Shown here: positions 40,900-55,330 of the stretch, piece after piece
How the letters are laid out: each line of letters starts with the position of its first letter
Numbering within the stretch: position 1 is the stretch's first letter
Assembly: GCF_001194135.2 (NCBI RefSeq)
Contig: NC_068988.1
Coordinates: 66,183,790-66,247,789 of the forward strand
DNA from: Octopus bimaculoides
Taxonomy: Eukaryota
DNA length: 64,000 nucleotides
Direction: 5' to 3'
The notes under the pieces: model-generated
The model's database searches: none
Seen by the model: the letters and a program-made list of their open reading frames with translations, nothing else
Told to the model about the DNA's origin: nothing
Translations under genes and position numbers: made by a program

Positions 40900-41368
40900 N
40901 NNNNNNNNNNNNNNNNNNNNNNNNNNNNNNNNNNNNNNNNNNNNNNNNNNNNNNNNNNNNNNNNNNNNNNNNNNNNNNNNNNNNNNNNNNNNNNNNNNNN
41001 NNNNNNNNNNNNNNNNNNNNNNNNNNNNNNNNNNNNNNNNNNNNNNNNNNNNNNNNNNNNNNNNNNNNNNNNNNNNNNNNNNNNNNNNNNNNNNNNNNNN
41101 NNNNNNNNNNNNNNNNNNNNNNNNNNNNNNNNNNNNNNNNNNNNNNNNNNNNNNNNNNNNNNNNNNNNNNNNNNNNNNNNNNNNNNNNNNNNNNNNNNNN
41201 NNNNNNNNNNNNNNNNNNNNNNNNNNNNNNNNNNNNNNNNNNNNNNNNNNNNNNNNNNNNNNNNNNNNNNNNNNNNNNNNNNNNNNNNNNNNNNNNNNNN
41301 NNNNNNNNNNNNNNNNNNNNNNNNNNNNNNNNNNNNNNNNNNNNNNNNNNNNNNNNNNNNNNNNNNNN

Positions 41369-41408
<40 letters not shown>

Positions 41409-43661
41409 ACACATATATGTATACACATATATATATATTTCCGTGAGAGTTAGAGGTTGTGAAGCCAACCAACTAAGGGATAGTACCTATCCAATATACT
41501 GCTGGTGGTGTTCCCAATTATTAATACCCAAGTGCTGTTTATTGCGTGGCAATTTCGCAATCGAGTGTCATATATGGGCATGGGTTAAAAGTGGTTTAAC
41601 TTTTATTCATACGGCAAAAAGAAAATGGAGGGGATACAAGAACGACGTACATCAGCCGGTAAACTTTCTATTATGTCTATCTATTAAACAAAATGTATTA
41701 TAAGAATACATACACATTCAAAGACTGTGCTTCACAAATATATACTAGCAATACATAAAAGAGTAAAAGATTAGAAGATCATTTCCTTACGTCCGTTTCT
41801 GCCAAGAGGCCATGATATCCTCCATGTTAGCTTCGTCTCTTCAGTGTTCTGTAGGGATGGGTAGATAGAATTTGAATGTTGCATGTGCCGCTAGGCTTCA
41901 TCAGAGGGTGTAAATGGTCAGGAGAGCCGATACATAGAAGAGTCAGTTACTAATAGGTACAGTATAAGTTTCTTATTGAAAAGGGTATAAGAAGAATAGG
42001 AGCAAGACTTAGAGTGTGAGAGGAGTAAAATTTAATAAACTGGATTAGGTATAGGAAAGAGAAATGAGTTATAGACTTTAAGTGTCTCCTTCCAAGTTTC
42101 ATGTTATTTTGTCCGGTGGTGGGTAGGTAGGTATATTCGTTCTAAAGATGAGTTTTTTTTATCCATACTTTCAAACCCACCACTGTAAACACAAATATAA
42201 CGTGTATTTATATCTAAACAAAATAAGAACTACTGCCTAAATTTACCCTTCCTAAAAATCTCGTCAAATAATACTGATGTTGAACCTAGCAACTATAGTA
42301 AAAGTTATGTGGGGTGGTGTAGGAATAATTTTCCTTAATATTAGAAATTATAGCAATAGCTTGATAATGTCAATTAAAACGGTAACATACTAATGATGAT
42401 AATGAGATACCGACAGTAATGCCCAATCTGGGATGACTCACTTCACGAATAGGACCATTGGTTCAGTAATCAAGAATTGTAACAGTTGAAATATAAACTA
42501 CGCTAGCAAACCCCATAATAATAAATTTGAACTATTATGTAATTTTAGTGACCCTGAAAAAATGTTTGTTAGATAACCAATACCTTATTGAAATTCTAGT
42601 TTGTAGATACTCGGTAGCAGCTGAACTTATTCCCTATTATACAGATGGTTGCGCAACCGGCTTTAACTCGCAATCATATATCCGCAACTCTTTCTTTAGA
42701 GATAGAGACAAAGAAAGCTTGGCTTCCATTAATAAGTTTATTATTTGAAATCTAAAAGATATTAACCTGAAATTTGATATAAACGGTCTATGTTGAGCTC
42801 TGCTCTACCTTACCAAGTTGGAAAGACAAGGAAACAAGCGAACGGACTTATGTCACTATCTAATCTTTTATTTAACAAAACTTATAAATCATTCCTTTGA
42901 AGATAGAGAAGTAGAATGTCTCGATAATTAACTTCCATCTGCTCGTTGTTTCTACGTGTATTTACAAAACGTTCTTCACTTTAAAATTCCTTAATTTTTC
43001 TAATCAATCTATTTATTGCATTAATCTCCTCCGCCCATTTTAGGCATTATCCTTTTAACTTTGCCCCTGTTACTATATTATATGATGGTATCTTTATGAA
43101 TTTTATTCATTAGTATTGTTATCTCTATTATTTACTGGAAGTTGTCTATCTTAATATGAGGCAAACAGTGAACTGTTCTTTCTGTTTAAATAATTCAGCA
43201 AGTTTTCAATCCGTCCTTTTTTTTTTGTCACAACATATAACTCCTTCCTCTCTATTCAATATCTTGTTGTGATTTTCAATACAGTGTCCTTTGCTGTCTG
43301 CAAGAACCTTTAATAATAGAGGAAAGTATCAGATTTCAGTTCCTTTCATGGTCTGATTTACAATTCTCTGCTACTGACAACTATAGCAGTTCTCCTTCCT
43401 TGAAGCCTGTGCAGGACTGATCAAATACTTACTCAAAATAGCTATTTTAGTCATTTCCTTTCTCTTGGCAGCCAGTTTATTGTGGATCTAAAGATGATGA
43501 TATTTTCAGTCGATCGACTAGGAATCGATTTTGATTAATTTCATTGAACTATGGAACTTGACATTTCCAATATTTATCGGAGATACACATAAACCTTAAA
43601 TAGATGTACAAAACTCATTATCTCTGTGTATTTTCTCTCTCTCTCCCAATGTGTGTATCTA

Positions 43662-43729
<68 letters not shown>

Positions 43730-43842
43730 TCTATCAATCTATCTATATATCTATCTATTTATCTACATACATGTATATGTATACATGTATACATACATAC
43801 ATGCATATCTATGCATGTATGTAGGTATCTATGAATATATAG

Positions 43843-43985
43843 CCGCGGACGTGGCTATAGGGTAAAAAGCTTGACTCTCCAACACTATATGGCAACTTGG
43901 ACAAGCGTTTTTTTTTACTATACCTCCGATTCGAAAGTTTTGTCGTGGATTTGGTAGAGAGAAACTGAAAGAAGCCTGTCTTAAT
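43843..43985 (+). mobile_element. SINE family B fragment
   Basis: GCGGACGTGGCTATAGGGTAAAAAGCTTG...GTGGATTTGGTAGAGAGAAACTGAAAGAAGCCTGTC. Confidence 0.65.
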
Positions 43986-44229
43986 ATATGTATATATATA
44001 TATATCCCTCTCATTCTTCCCTCTACTGTTCTTCGCCTCTACCTGTCACTACTATCTCTCTCTCTATCTATCTATCTATCTCTTGTTACTCGTCCTTCGC
44101 CTCTCACCGTTACTACTACTATCTCTCTCTCTCTCTCCCTCTCTCTCTCTACCTCTCGTTGCTCACATTTATTCTACTTCCTCCCCTTCTTTTCCCTCTG
44201 CTACTCTTACTTTCTCTCTCTTTACACAG

Positions 44230-44492
44230 CCTTGGTCACGTGTGTCCGGCTGCTATTTCTTTTCGTTCTTGGACTCCCCAAGCTCGCACGTACTTCTTTG
44301 CCCCTCCTGTTCGTGCTTCCCAGCGTTCAATACATACAAACTTCACGTCTGGCTGTACAGCCTTTTTGCTTGTTTGTTCATTCACCGTTTCGTTTTCCTG
44401 TCTTGTTTTCCGTCCGCCACTACCCTCCACGAAAATAATTTAATTTGTGTTCGCGGGAAGAACCATTTCAATGATGCGTACTGCCTTAATTC
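44230..44492. other. Unclassified pyrimidine-rich interspersed-repeat-like segment next to a gap
   Basis: Higher GC than background, preceded by (CT)-rich tracts. No recognisable protein motif in its ORFs and no second copy in the window. Confidence 0.3.
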
Positions 44493-44991
44493 NNNNNNNN
44501 NNNNNNNNNNNNNNNNNNNNNNNNNNNNNNNNNNNNNNNNNNNNNNNNNNNNNNNNNNNNNNNNNNNNNNNNNNNNNNNNNNNNNNNNNNNNNNNNNNNN
44601 NNNNNNNNNNNNNNNNNNNNNNNNNNNNNNNNNNNNNNNNNNNNNNNNNNNNNNNNNNNNNNNNNNNNNNNNNNNNNNNNNNNNNNNNNNNNNNNNNNNN
44701 NNNNNNNNNNNNNNNNNNNNNNNNNNNNNNNNNNNNNNNNNNNNNNNNNNNNNNNNNNNNNNNNNNNNNNNNNNNNNNNNNNNNNNNNNNNNNNNNNNNN
44801 NNNNNNNNNNNNNNNNNNNNNNNNNNNNNNNNNNNNNNNNNNNNNNNNNNNNNNNNNNNNNNNNNNNNNNNNNNNNNNNNNNNNNNNNNNNNNNNNNNNN
44901 NNNNNNNNNNNNNNNNNNNNNNNNNNNNNNNNNNNNNNNNNNNNNNNNNNNNNNNNNNNNNNNNNNNNNNNNNNNNNNNNNNNNNNNNNNN

Positions 44992-45069
<78 letters not shown>

Positions 45070-46049
45070 GAGATGTGGAGGTCGTCATCAATAATATTCC
45101 CACACGTATATCTTAAATTGTGTTGTAAAACTCGTTTTGGCCATCAGTACAGAATCACATTTGTTTTAGTCCAATACACAGCTACAGCCAAACACACACA
45201 CGTGTATGTGCGCGTGTGCACCCTTTTAAAATAAATCTTTAGTGCTCATTGAAGCGGAATGTTGAAAATTGTAAAAATGTGATATTAATTCTGCAAGAAT
45301 AAATCAATTCTTACGACTATAACCATAGCTAAGACGCTTTTCTCACATGTAGATTGTGGTCTTTGTCTCAGTGTTTGCAAATCTTTGTGTCAGATAACTG
45401 AACATTTGCACATAGAAATCATTGACGATAATGAACTGGGTGGCAGCTTCACACACAGCCATTGCTTGAAGGCAGGTTATGTAGATGTGTTATTTTTTCA
45501 GATTTTAACGGTAATAGCGGCAATGAGGCAGAAGTAAATTATGAATACAGAGTTTGATAGGGTAGTGTTATGCTGTCACGCATGTTTATGAAATGGCTAT
45601 CATCAATTCCAGATTTCGAATGAGTAGAAAAATAAACGATAAGTTTTGAAATTATCCATGATATATTTATATCGCATCATGTATACGCAGAAAAGCCCAC
45701 ACATATATCCACATTTGTATATAAGTATATATTGCTCGTTATTCGTTTACTTGATATCCGTATTTCTAAGGAAGATATAACTATTATTGAATCAACTAAT
45801 ATAAACATTTTATTTATTGTTATTTAATCAGATACGTATCAGGGAAAATATTGTGTTCTATCTTACAGTATTTGGAGCATTGAATATTGGGGTAAAAACA
45901 CAATTTTCTCGACATTTTATTTTGTATCTAGATGGAGATTCTATTTTGTAACTAGTGTATAATCCATGGAGTCTGAAGGCCAAACAGATGTAGCTTATTG
46001 AAATGTCAAACTCTCAGACAAGCAATAATAATCAGATTAGATAGGCACG

Positions 46050-47400
46050 ATGACTTTTTACTACTAGGAAATCTTGGCCGTTCACTGATGGACAGATAGT
46101 GAATGATTTTTGATGTCAGCCATAGAAATATATCTCAAGATAATGCAAAACAAGAAAAGGCTAACGTGGAGCTCATTAAATTTTATCCCTTCAGAAAAGG
46201 CAATTACTTCCCGTCATATTGATGAAAATACAAATGATGTTAAGATTAGTCACATATATTATAGCATGCCAATTTTATCTAATCATCAATCAACCAACAG
46301 TCTTTGACAGGATAACTCTGCCAACACAACTCAAAATTCACGGAAGCGATGTTGTTTTTGAGTTTTGAAAAACCTTATCACTACGGTGCAAGAGATATAT
46401 AACTCTATAAGCTAGCAACAGATGGACAATTTTATTCCTATAAGTCCCGTTGTATCCAGCGCAGCAAGAGTTGTATCGATAATGATGAGACAACAAAGAA
46501 CAGAAGCTTCTAAAAACTGATATCTCTGTGTATTCCCTGTATAATTTCCTGTCAACATTTGACTAGTTACAGGTTTATTATACTATTGGATGATTTAATG
46601 AAGATAGTGTAAGTGGTACTTGTGATAAAATCAATTGAAATTTATTTAAAGAATTCGTTGATGACCTGATTTGAGGCTGTGTAAAATTGTTTCTCCATAA
46701 CCATAAAAGATAATTATTAAATGACAACTGTCAGGAAGCGTTTACTCTGTTGCCTGCCGTTCTATTGGATTTGGGAAGAGATTGTGAAGATCTTCTGTTC
46801 ATGATGTACATTTACGGCAAGACCTTCACTAAATGCTCTAAATACGTAAATATAGAATGCACATATGTATTTCTAGGATAGTGAAATCAAAATATTTGGT
46901 TTTATCCGAAAGCTGGTTCGTCTTGGAGCGCAAGAACTTTGGGGATTATTAGTAAAAATGACCAAAGACAATTTTTCTTAAGAATACTCTCCGAATAATA
47001 GCTTTTCTAGCTTCCATGATGACCAATATGATAATTCATTCATCTGCAGTAAATGAACTTTCCTCCTAGGAATACTGGACAATTCAGTCATATCTCTTTA
47101 ACTGGCAAATAATGGCTGACTGGTTAACATGGAGTCTGACTACAGCGTTCTAACTCGGTTTTCTAGTTTAGCTTTTCTCAGCACAAGTTAAATTGGCCCT
47201 TAAATCAAATGGACGTTTCAATTTGCGAACATTTCGGTATCCCCATCTCTTTTCCATGAGATTTAATAAAAATTAAGAAAGCACTTTCAACCTCTCCAAC
47301 CAGATATTTTGGCATTAAATCAAATGGAAGTTCCCTGATCCAATGAAAATAAAATTTTCTTCTTCATTTCATTGGAATTAATAAAGAAATTTAGTTTCAT
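46050..47400 (+). mobile_element. Highly degraded hAT transposase (SPIN/GTF2IRD2-like)
   Basis: Collinear remnants across frames: ITSRHIDENTNDV (~TITRRI..M..DV), TTVQEIYN (~TTG.DIY), PCIISCQHL (~HCIIHQ..L, 46535) and FKEFVDDL...LHNHKR*L (~FK.FL.E...LHTEVRWL, 46645). Many stops and frameshifts; boundaries are approximate. Confidence 0.55.
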
Positions 47401-48387
47401 ATAATGTTTCAATAGACACCACAGTAAAAGTATAATAGTGAAAATTATTTTTATTTTGGCAATTCAAAATTGCAGCAGGAATTGAGGAAATCTGTGGTCT
47501 GAAATTCTGAGAACTAATTTAATTTATAATGAATAATTTATTTATATGATAAATTCCCTTGTAATTTTACCCATAGTAATATCTCATGCTAATCTATGTT
47601 AAGCTTTATATCTTAAGACAATAGAGTGTCTTATGCAATAAAAGTTTTTAAAATATACTTAACATTTAACAAGAATCTAAGTTCAAATTACGCGGCGATT
47701 AATAAACATAAGTTACTAAATGTTTTAGTTTCTTGGTTCTAGATTTGTTTTTGATAAAATAAATTTATCTAATATATCATTTCATCTATATTTTTTCGTA
47801 GACTTCACCGTAACGTGACTTCAGTTTTTAAGACGATAATGTAACAGATATTTCGCTGTTAATTCTTGCAGACAGACATGGTAGGAATAACAGGAGTTGA
47901 TTTAGTTGATGTAAAAAGTTGATCTTATGAATCTGAAAAATCATTAGTTTTAACATATAATAAAATGATTCGCAGAGATCATACACATTTCATCAATAGA
48001 ATCAAGGAGATTGCGAGACAACTAAAGAACTTCTACATATTTTCTTACCGTGGAAGAAATTGTAGCCAGATCATGCTAAATCAGCATGATAAAGCCTGTG
48101 GTTAAACAGCAATATCCTATAGTCACAGAAACTTCTTTTTACTATTCTCTTGAAAGAAATGTTATGGGATATTCAATCGCTTATTCTGTAGTATTAACAG
48201 TGGTACAAGGGAAGCAGTTCTGAGAGAAAAACTTAGACAGCCAATGATAGTATTTAACTGGTACTTTATCGGAATAAATGAAAAACTGAAAGTCACAAAC
48301 TGAACTCAGACCAGCTGCAGCGTACTATGCCCATCACTCTAGCGATTCCACCGCCCCAGATATGTCTATAGTATTGATTCTATATAG

Positions 48388-48580
48388 ATTTCACATTTTT
48401 GGCACAAGGCTCGCAATTTCGAGGGAGGGATTAAGTCGATTATATCTACTCAGTATTCAACTGGTTCTTATTTTATTGTCCCCGAAAGGATGAAAGGCGG
48501 AATTTGAACTCAGAACGTAAAGACAGCTGAAATGTCACTAAGCATTTTGTCCGGTGTTCTGGCGATTCTTCATGCTCGCC
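48388..48580 (-). mobile_element. SINE family A copy
   Basis: GGCACAAGGC...CCCGAAAGGATGAAAGGC-GGAATTTGAACTCAGAACGTAAAGAC...CTAAGCATTTTGTCCGG...GCTCGCC. Confidence 0.8.
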
Positions 48581-49902
48581 ATATTCGCATTGATGCTATA
48601 TTAATAAGTGTTCTCAACCTATTTATTTGAATGTTATCAGGAGGGAAATATTACCAAACTTTTCACTCTCACAGTCAATGAATATAATATGAAAATACGT
48701 ATGTCAGCAATTCATAAAGTTATATATTGACTATAATATCGTAGTGGAATGGTTTCTATAAAATAAAGTAAAATAAAATAAAACCTCATATCTTCCTGCT
48801 TGGCAAGTGCAACAGTTTCAAGGCTTGAAATTTTAGAGACGTAGAAATCTACTATAGTGCTTATTCCTCAGATTCTCAAAATTATAAGAAATGAAAGGAA
48901 CAAAATATCTGTCTAAAGCTATTATATATTGCTATGAAATTTTCGTCCACATCTACTATATGGAATATTTCCAAATATTTATCTCAGTGGATTCTATATC
49001 CTAGGACATAATAATATATGATGTCTGTTTTTAACAACCAATACTCTTAAGTGTTTATTAAATTACTCTGTCGAACAGTTCATATGGATAATGGAAGAAA
49101 TGCGTATATTATACACTGAAGATATCTGTGTCAGACTTGCCTGTATGGTAAGAATTTGCTTCTTAACCACATTGTTCAGAGTTCAGTCCAATTGCGTGGC
49201 AGCTTAGGCGAGTGTCTTGTGAGTGAATTTACTTGACAGAAATAGAAATAAGCGCACCGTGTATATATATATATATATATGTATACATACATACATTATA
49301 TATANNNNNNNNNNNNNNNNNNNNNNNNNNNNNNNNNNNNNNNNNNNNNNNNNNNNNNNNNNNNNNNNNNNNNNNNNNNNNNNNNNNNNNNNNNNNNNNN
49401 NNNNNNNNNNNNNNNNNNNNNNNNNNNNNNNNNNNNNNNNNNNNNNNNNNNNNNNNNNNNNNNNNNNNNNNNNNNNNNNNNNNNNNNNNNNNNNNNNNNN
49501 NNNNNNNNNNNNNNNNNNNNNNNNNNNNNNNNNNNNNNNNNNNNNNNNNNNNNNNNNNNNNNNNNNNNNNNNNNNNNNNNNNNNNNNNNNNNNNNNNNNN
49601 NNNNNNNNNNNNNNNNNNNNNNNNNNNNNNNNNNNNNNNNNNNNNNNNNNNNNNNNNNNNNNNNNNNNNNNNNNNNNNNNNNNNNNNNNNNNNNNNNNNN
49701 NNNNNNNNNNNNNNNNNNNNNNNNNNNNNNNNNNNNNNNNNNNNNNNNNNNNNNNNNNNNNNNNNNNNNNNNNNNNNNNNNNNNNNNNNNNNNNNNNNNN
49801 NNNNNNNNNNNNNNNNNNNNNNNNNNNNNNNNNNNNNNNNNNNNNNNNNNNNNNNNNNNNNNNNNNNNNNNNNNNNNNNNNNNNNNNNNNNNNATGTATG
49901 TA

Positions 49903-49955
<53 letters not shown>

Positions 49956-51699
49956 ATGTATGTACATAATATACAGATATTCGTATTATTTCGAAATGTA
50001 CTGGAGATGTTTGAGTATTGGCTTCATGCAGGAATCGAAATCGATTATCCCATCGTTTCATTTATTTGTGGGAGGGAAAATACAGTTATCTTGTCCACTC
50101 TCATACTTGTGTGATACATTGTTTTGTCGATTACGGGAATCACGAAAGGCAGGTTTGATTGCAGTAGGATTTGAACAGAGCACTTGAATTTTCGAAACAA
50201 ATAACGCAAATATGTTTTTTTCCGGCATTTTATCGATTGTGCAAATCCTGGTGATCCATACTAGTGACCACACAAATAACATCATAAATATTACGTTCTA
50301 GCCTAAGACGCAGAAACTAGATATGCTTCTCTGACTATCTGCAAAAAAGTTCATTACAACACATTCAAAACTAGGTATGGTACTCATTTGCAAAGACTCA
50401 TGGAGCGATACACTACAGCCACTAACTTAGAAACGCCATCCTGAGCCTCTCAAACTATTCTACAGACATAAATGCTTACACTTCTAATCTAAGATGCTGT
50501 GTACCACTTTCATTTGAACCGATTAAATCATCATATCTTATTTCGTCAACTTCATTTTATTTCTACTAACCGACAAGGTACAAAACATTTCCTTATCCAT
50601 TCCCTTAGAAATATACTTTACTGGAATCCCTACTATCTGTTTAAATTTCGTATGTCAGTTTCCACATGTTGAAATTAAACATTGAAGTTACCAATAGGGG
50701 AGTTCAATCAAAGTATAGAAGTGTCGCACATGCTTTGTCATTCTAAATCAAACAATGTGACGTTTCCAAATGAATTGAGTATATATCTGTGAACTTTGTA
50801 TCTATATTTCGCAAACTTCTTTGATTATATGTGAGTTCAACATGAATCTCATTTGTTGATAGAGGATGCGATGAGAAAATTATTTCTTGGCTATATTGAC
50901 GTACAAACATATTGATGTTTGTTTCTAGTAAGTTTTACTACAGATTTGAAATAATGTTATTTAAACATTACGTTTGCACAATTGTTCTTCGATATAATAA
51001 TGCGGGAAATGTTATTGAAATATTTCCCATAAATATTCATAAAAGATATCTTATGGTAAGACACTTGGGTATAAGAAATCAAACTATGAATATTTCAATA
51101 TACTTGGAGACATCACAATTGTAACCGTTGATATTAATAATATTTATTAATTTCTATTATTAGTTTTTCTTTTCATCGCACCCAAAACATTTTGACGGAG
51201 AAGTAATACTAAAAATATAATTATCTCCAATAAATAATTGGTTATTGTTTTATTGATTTCGTGTAAGTAAGCATGCTAGGTTTCCTGGGAGTGGAGCGGA
51301 TTTGATCTCGGGCTTCATTTCACTGAATTAAATAAGTTATCGTGGAATTATCTCTATTTTTGCATCAATCGCTAGATTACAAAATAATGTAAATCTTTTA
51401 TAAATTGTATGGAGACGGAGTAAGTTGTATTGCTTTGTTTTTATTTATTAAGGAATTAAATAAAATGAGAAGCCTTTAAAAGACTTCATTTTTAAAAAAT
51501 CATAAAAAAGACTTCATAAAATAACTCTATAAAAGATTTCAAAATCTGCAACACTAAAAATTTTATTAATTGTGCATTGATCATAAAATAAAATGTATAT
51601 ACTTTCTGTATATACACTTCTGTATATCGGTATCAGTTCATGAAAAGTATCCATAACTATCTAGACTTTATAGGTTTTATATGTAAATATACATAGAAA

Positions 51700-52264
51700 C
51701 TTCTGAAAAGTTCATCATTTCATGACCAACCCCTTTGAAAATTCGGTTGACGACCTTCCATCAACAGATTACGTCATTCAAGAACAGTCCATTGACTTGC
51801 TGAATGATGGAGGTGCAAGAAACAACCTCCGTAACATGTGTTGCAGTGAATTCTGGACTGAAATGATGCAGTCCTATCCAGATGTCGCCAAATTGGCTTC
51901 CAAATTCATCGTTCCATTCGCAACAACGTACGAATGTGAAACATCTTTCGTAACTTTACGCGCAATTAAAACAAAAACTCACAATAAAATGGATGTTCAG
52001 CATGACATGAGGGTCGCATTATCAAAACACGCAGCCTAATATTGAGGACATATTACAAACCAAACACGTTCACACCTCTCGTTGAAATTTTTTGTTCTGT
52101 CAGTAAAATTTTATGTCATGAAAAATAATTTTATACAAGGCTAATTTGCTTTGTTCGTCTTTCCTGATTTTTTTCATTTTGGAACGGAGCTGGTGAGTCC
52201 GCGAAGCCTCGAAGAAATGGGAGGTGGTCTGTAGGAAGAAAATTTTGAAGAAGTTTGGGAACCA
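51700..52264 (+). mobile_element. hAT (Buster/Charlie, ZBED5/FAM200-like) transposase C-terminal dimerisation domain plus 3' end
   Basis: ORF 51722-52039 reads EFWTEMMQSYPDVAKLASKFIVPFATTYECETSFVTLRAIKTKTHNKMDVQHDMRVALS (hATC motif PF.TTY.CE..FS). AAGTTTGGGAACCA at 52251-52264 resembles a Charlie-type right TIR. Confidence 0.9.
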
Positions 52265-52265
52265 A

Positions 52266-52340
52266 GATACTATAGCTTTGAGCCGACCAAAGCTTCGTGA
52301 GTGCATTTTGTTGGCGGGAACTAAAAGAAGCCCGTCATAT
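52266..52340 (+). mobile_element. SINE family B core fragment
   Basis: TACTATAGCTTTGAGCCGACCAAAGCTTCGTGAGTGCATTTTGTTGGCGGGAACTAAAAGAAGCCCGTC. Confidence 0.7.
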
Positions 52341-54733
52341 AGATCNNNNNNNNNNNNNNNNNNNNNNNNNNNNNNNNNNNNNNNNNNNNNNNNNNNNNNN
52401 NNNNNNNNNNNNNNNNNNNNNNNNNNNNNNNNNNNNNNNNNNNNNNNNNNNNNNNNNNNNNNNNNNNNNNNNNNNNNNNNNNNNNNNNNNNNNNNNNNNN
52501 NNNNNNNNNNNNNNNNNNNNNNNNNNNNNNNNNNNNNNNNNNNNNNNNNNNNNNNNNNNNNNNNNNNNNNNNNNNNNNNNNNNNNNNNNNNNNNNNNNNN
52601 NNNNNNNNNNNNNNNNNNNNNNNNNNNNNNNNNNNNNNNNNNNNNNNNNNNNNNNNNNNNNNNNNNNNNNNNNNNNNNNNNNNNNNNNNNNNNNNNNNNN
52701 NNNNNNNNNNNNNNNNNNNNNNNNNNNNNNNNNNNNNNNNNNNNNNNNNNNNNNNNNNNNNNNNNNNNNNNNNNNNNNNNNNNNNNNNNNNNNNNNNNNN
52801 NNNNNNNNNNNNNNNNNNNNNNNNNNNNNNNNNNNNNNNNNNNNNNNNNNNNNNNNNNNNNNNNNNNNNNNNNNNNNNNNNNNNNNNNNNNNNNNNNNNN
52901 NNNNNNNNNNNNNNNNNNNNNNNNNNNNNNNNNNNNNNNNNNNNNNNNNNNNNNNNNNNNNNNNNNNNNNNNNNNNNNNNNNNNNNNNNNNNNNNNNNNN
53001 NNNNNNNNNNNNNNNNNNNNNNNNNNNNNNNNNNNNNNNNNNNNNNNNNNNNNNNNNNNNNNNNNNNNNNNNNNNNNNNNNNNNNNNNNNNNNNNNNNNN
53101 NNNNNNNNNNNNNNNNNNNNNNNNNNNNNNNNNNNNNNNNNNNNNNNNNNNNNNNNNNNNNNNNNNNNNNNNNNNNNNNNNNNNNNNNNNNNNNNNNNNN
53201 NNNATATATATATATATATATATACATATACATGTATACGTGTGACTTCATGATATCGTGTGAAAAGTACTTATTTATGAAATACTTACGGCCGACACTG
53301 TTCCTAAACGTCGTTATTATAGACTGCAGTCTCAAATGTCTCCTACCATGATTTTGAAGCCGACAGATCTGAGGAAAATACATTGCTGTTTTGAAGACGA
53401 CGCTTCATAGTTGGTAGCAATAAACCATATATAAATACACAATAAATATAAAGATAGTCATATCTTAAAGTCTGTTTCTAAGATTAGTACTAATATTTTG
53501 GTTAAGGTTAATGTGAAACGATTTCAATTCTTACATTTAGACATTTCTCATTAATCATGTTGCTAATGCCAAAGCATATACTTAAAGAATACGCTTTATT
53601 TTCGCGTTATCCTGCGTTTATAGAAATCTGAAAGCTTAATGTCTGTGTACATAATCGATATATTGATCGCTTTTAGATATATCTAACATTACTTATGAGT
53701 TAAATTGCGTCTGGTTTTGCGAAATTAACCGTGAAACCCATTCACAATGCTTTCAATATCCAATTTGTAAGGTTTTGTTTGCAGTCCTAACTTTTCCCAT
53801 CTGGTTTCAATAGAAATCGAGGTCAGGTGGAGTATGATAAATCATACATATTAAAAGATGCAGCTAATTGAGTGCGTTAGAGGCGATCGGCACACATAGG
53901 AATACATATATGATTTTACTTATAACACCTTGATAGTAATTCTTGCTGTTGAAATACATGGCTCTCATTAGAACTATACATGCATACATATATACATACA
54001 TACATAGATACATACCTGCATACATACATACATACACACATACATACATACATACATACATACATACATACATACATAAATAAATACATACATACATAGG
54101 TACGTACGTGTGTGTGTATGTACGTATGTATGTATGTATGTATGTATGATGACGTGTTTCTTTCCCATGATATAAACTATAGATATCCTTATACCTGTAT
54201 ATGCATCTATGCATAAACAAATACCCATATGTAAATAGGTGTAATTTTGCAAACATCAAATTTTCATTTAAAAATACAGTATGATCAGAGACAACTCAAA
54301 GTGCATACCATAGTAAAGAGCACTATATAGAAATACACATGCATACACAAGCATATATACACATAAATTCACATACATACAATCATCCATGCGCATATAT
54401 ATATATAAAAACACACATGCAAACGCATACACATATGTATATTAACAAATGCTCCCAGAATTGCCGCTGATATTCAGTCTTAGACTTCGTTAATCATTCA
54501 AATAACAATTAAATTTGTTCACAGTTAGGAATAATTAAAAAGCATTAACAACTGGAGGACAAATACAAAGGGACTGTAAACAGATTAATGATAGAGATAG
54601 GGCAGGGATAGAAGGCAGACAGAAAGAGAAAGCGTGGTATACACACAGACACACACACATATACATGCATAAATTTCGAACGATGGAAAGGCGTGCTCAA
54701 CACAGCATAGGTGGATATAATTTCTAGAAGAAG

Positions 54734-54736
<3 letters not shown>

Positions 54737-54828
<92 letters not shown>
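54737..54828. repeat. Perfect (GA)n microsatellite
   Basis: Direct reading. Confidence 0.97.
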
Positions 54829-54831
<3 letters not shown>

Positions 54832-54912
54832 TATGGTACACATATCTGGGAGGTCACTTAAACAATCATTAAGAACATTAGTAAGTTCAGGTTATTAGAA
54901 TCTTTTATTGTT

Positions 54913-55330
54913 TATTCTTTACTTGTTTCAGTCATTGAACTGTGGCCATGCTGGGACACCACCTTGAATGGTTTAGTCAAACAAATACATCCTAGTAACT
55001 ACCTACGGCTTTTTTATGCCGAACCGCTAAGTTACGGCGATGTAAAGAAAGCAATGCTAATTGTCGAGTGTTTGTGAGAAAGAAAACAATAACACAAACA
55101 TAAGCGCGCGTGCACACACACGCACGCACGCACACGCACGCACACACACGCACATGCATGCACATGTATGCACATGCACACGCAACTGACTTCCATAGTT
55201 ACTGTCTACCAAATTCCCTCACAAGTCTTTGGTTAGACCGGGGCTATAGTAGAAGACACTTTTCCAAGGTGCCACACAGTGGGACTGAACACAAGATCAC
55301 ATGGTTGGGTAGCAGGTTTCGTTACCGCGT
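54913..55330 (-). mobile_element. SINE family B, full length
   Basis: Reverse complement of head, core and tail, with an internal (CA)/(CACG) tract at 55110-55180. Confidence 0.85.

Noticed and set aside
45490-45535. Possible 32-nt exon (ttatttttcag|ATTTT...GCAGAA|gtaaat; DFNGNSGNEAE)
   Set aside because: No similarity to the expected receptor-cyclase sequence, and such splice-like pairs are frequent by chance in AT-rich DNA.
47865-47925. ttcttgcag followed by TDMVGITGVDLVDVKS*
   Set aside because: GITG recalls the ANF-receptor domain, but that motif lies downstream of the 61623 exon, the frame stops quickly, and there is no donor.
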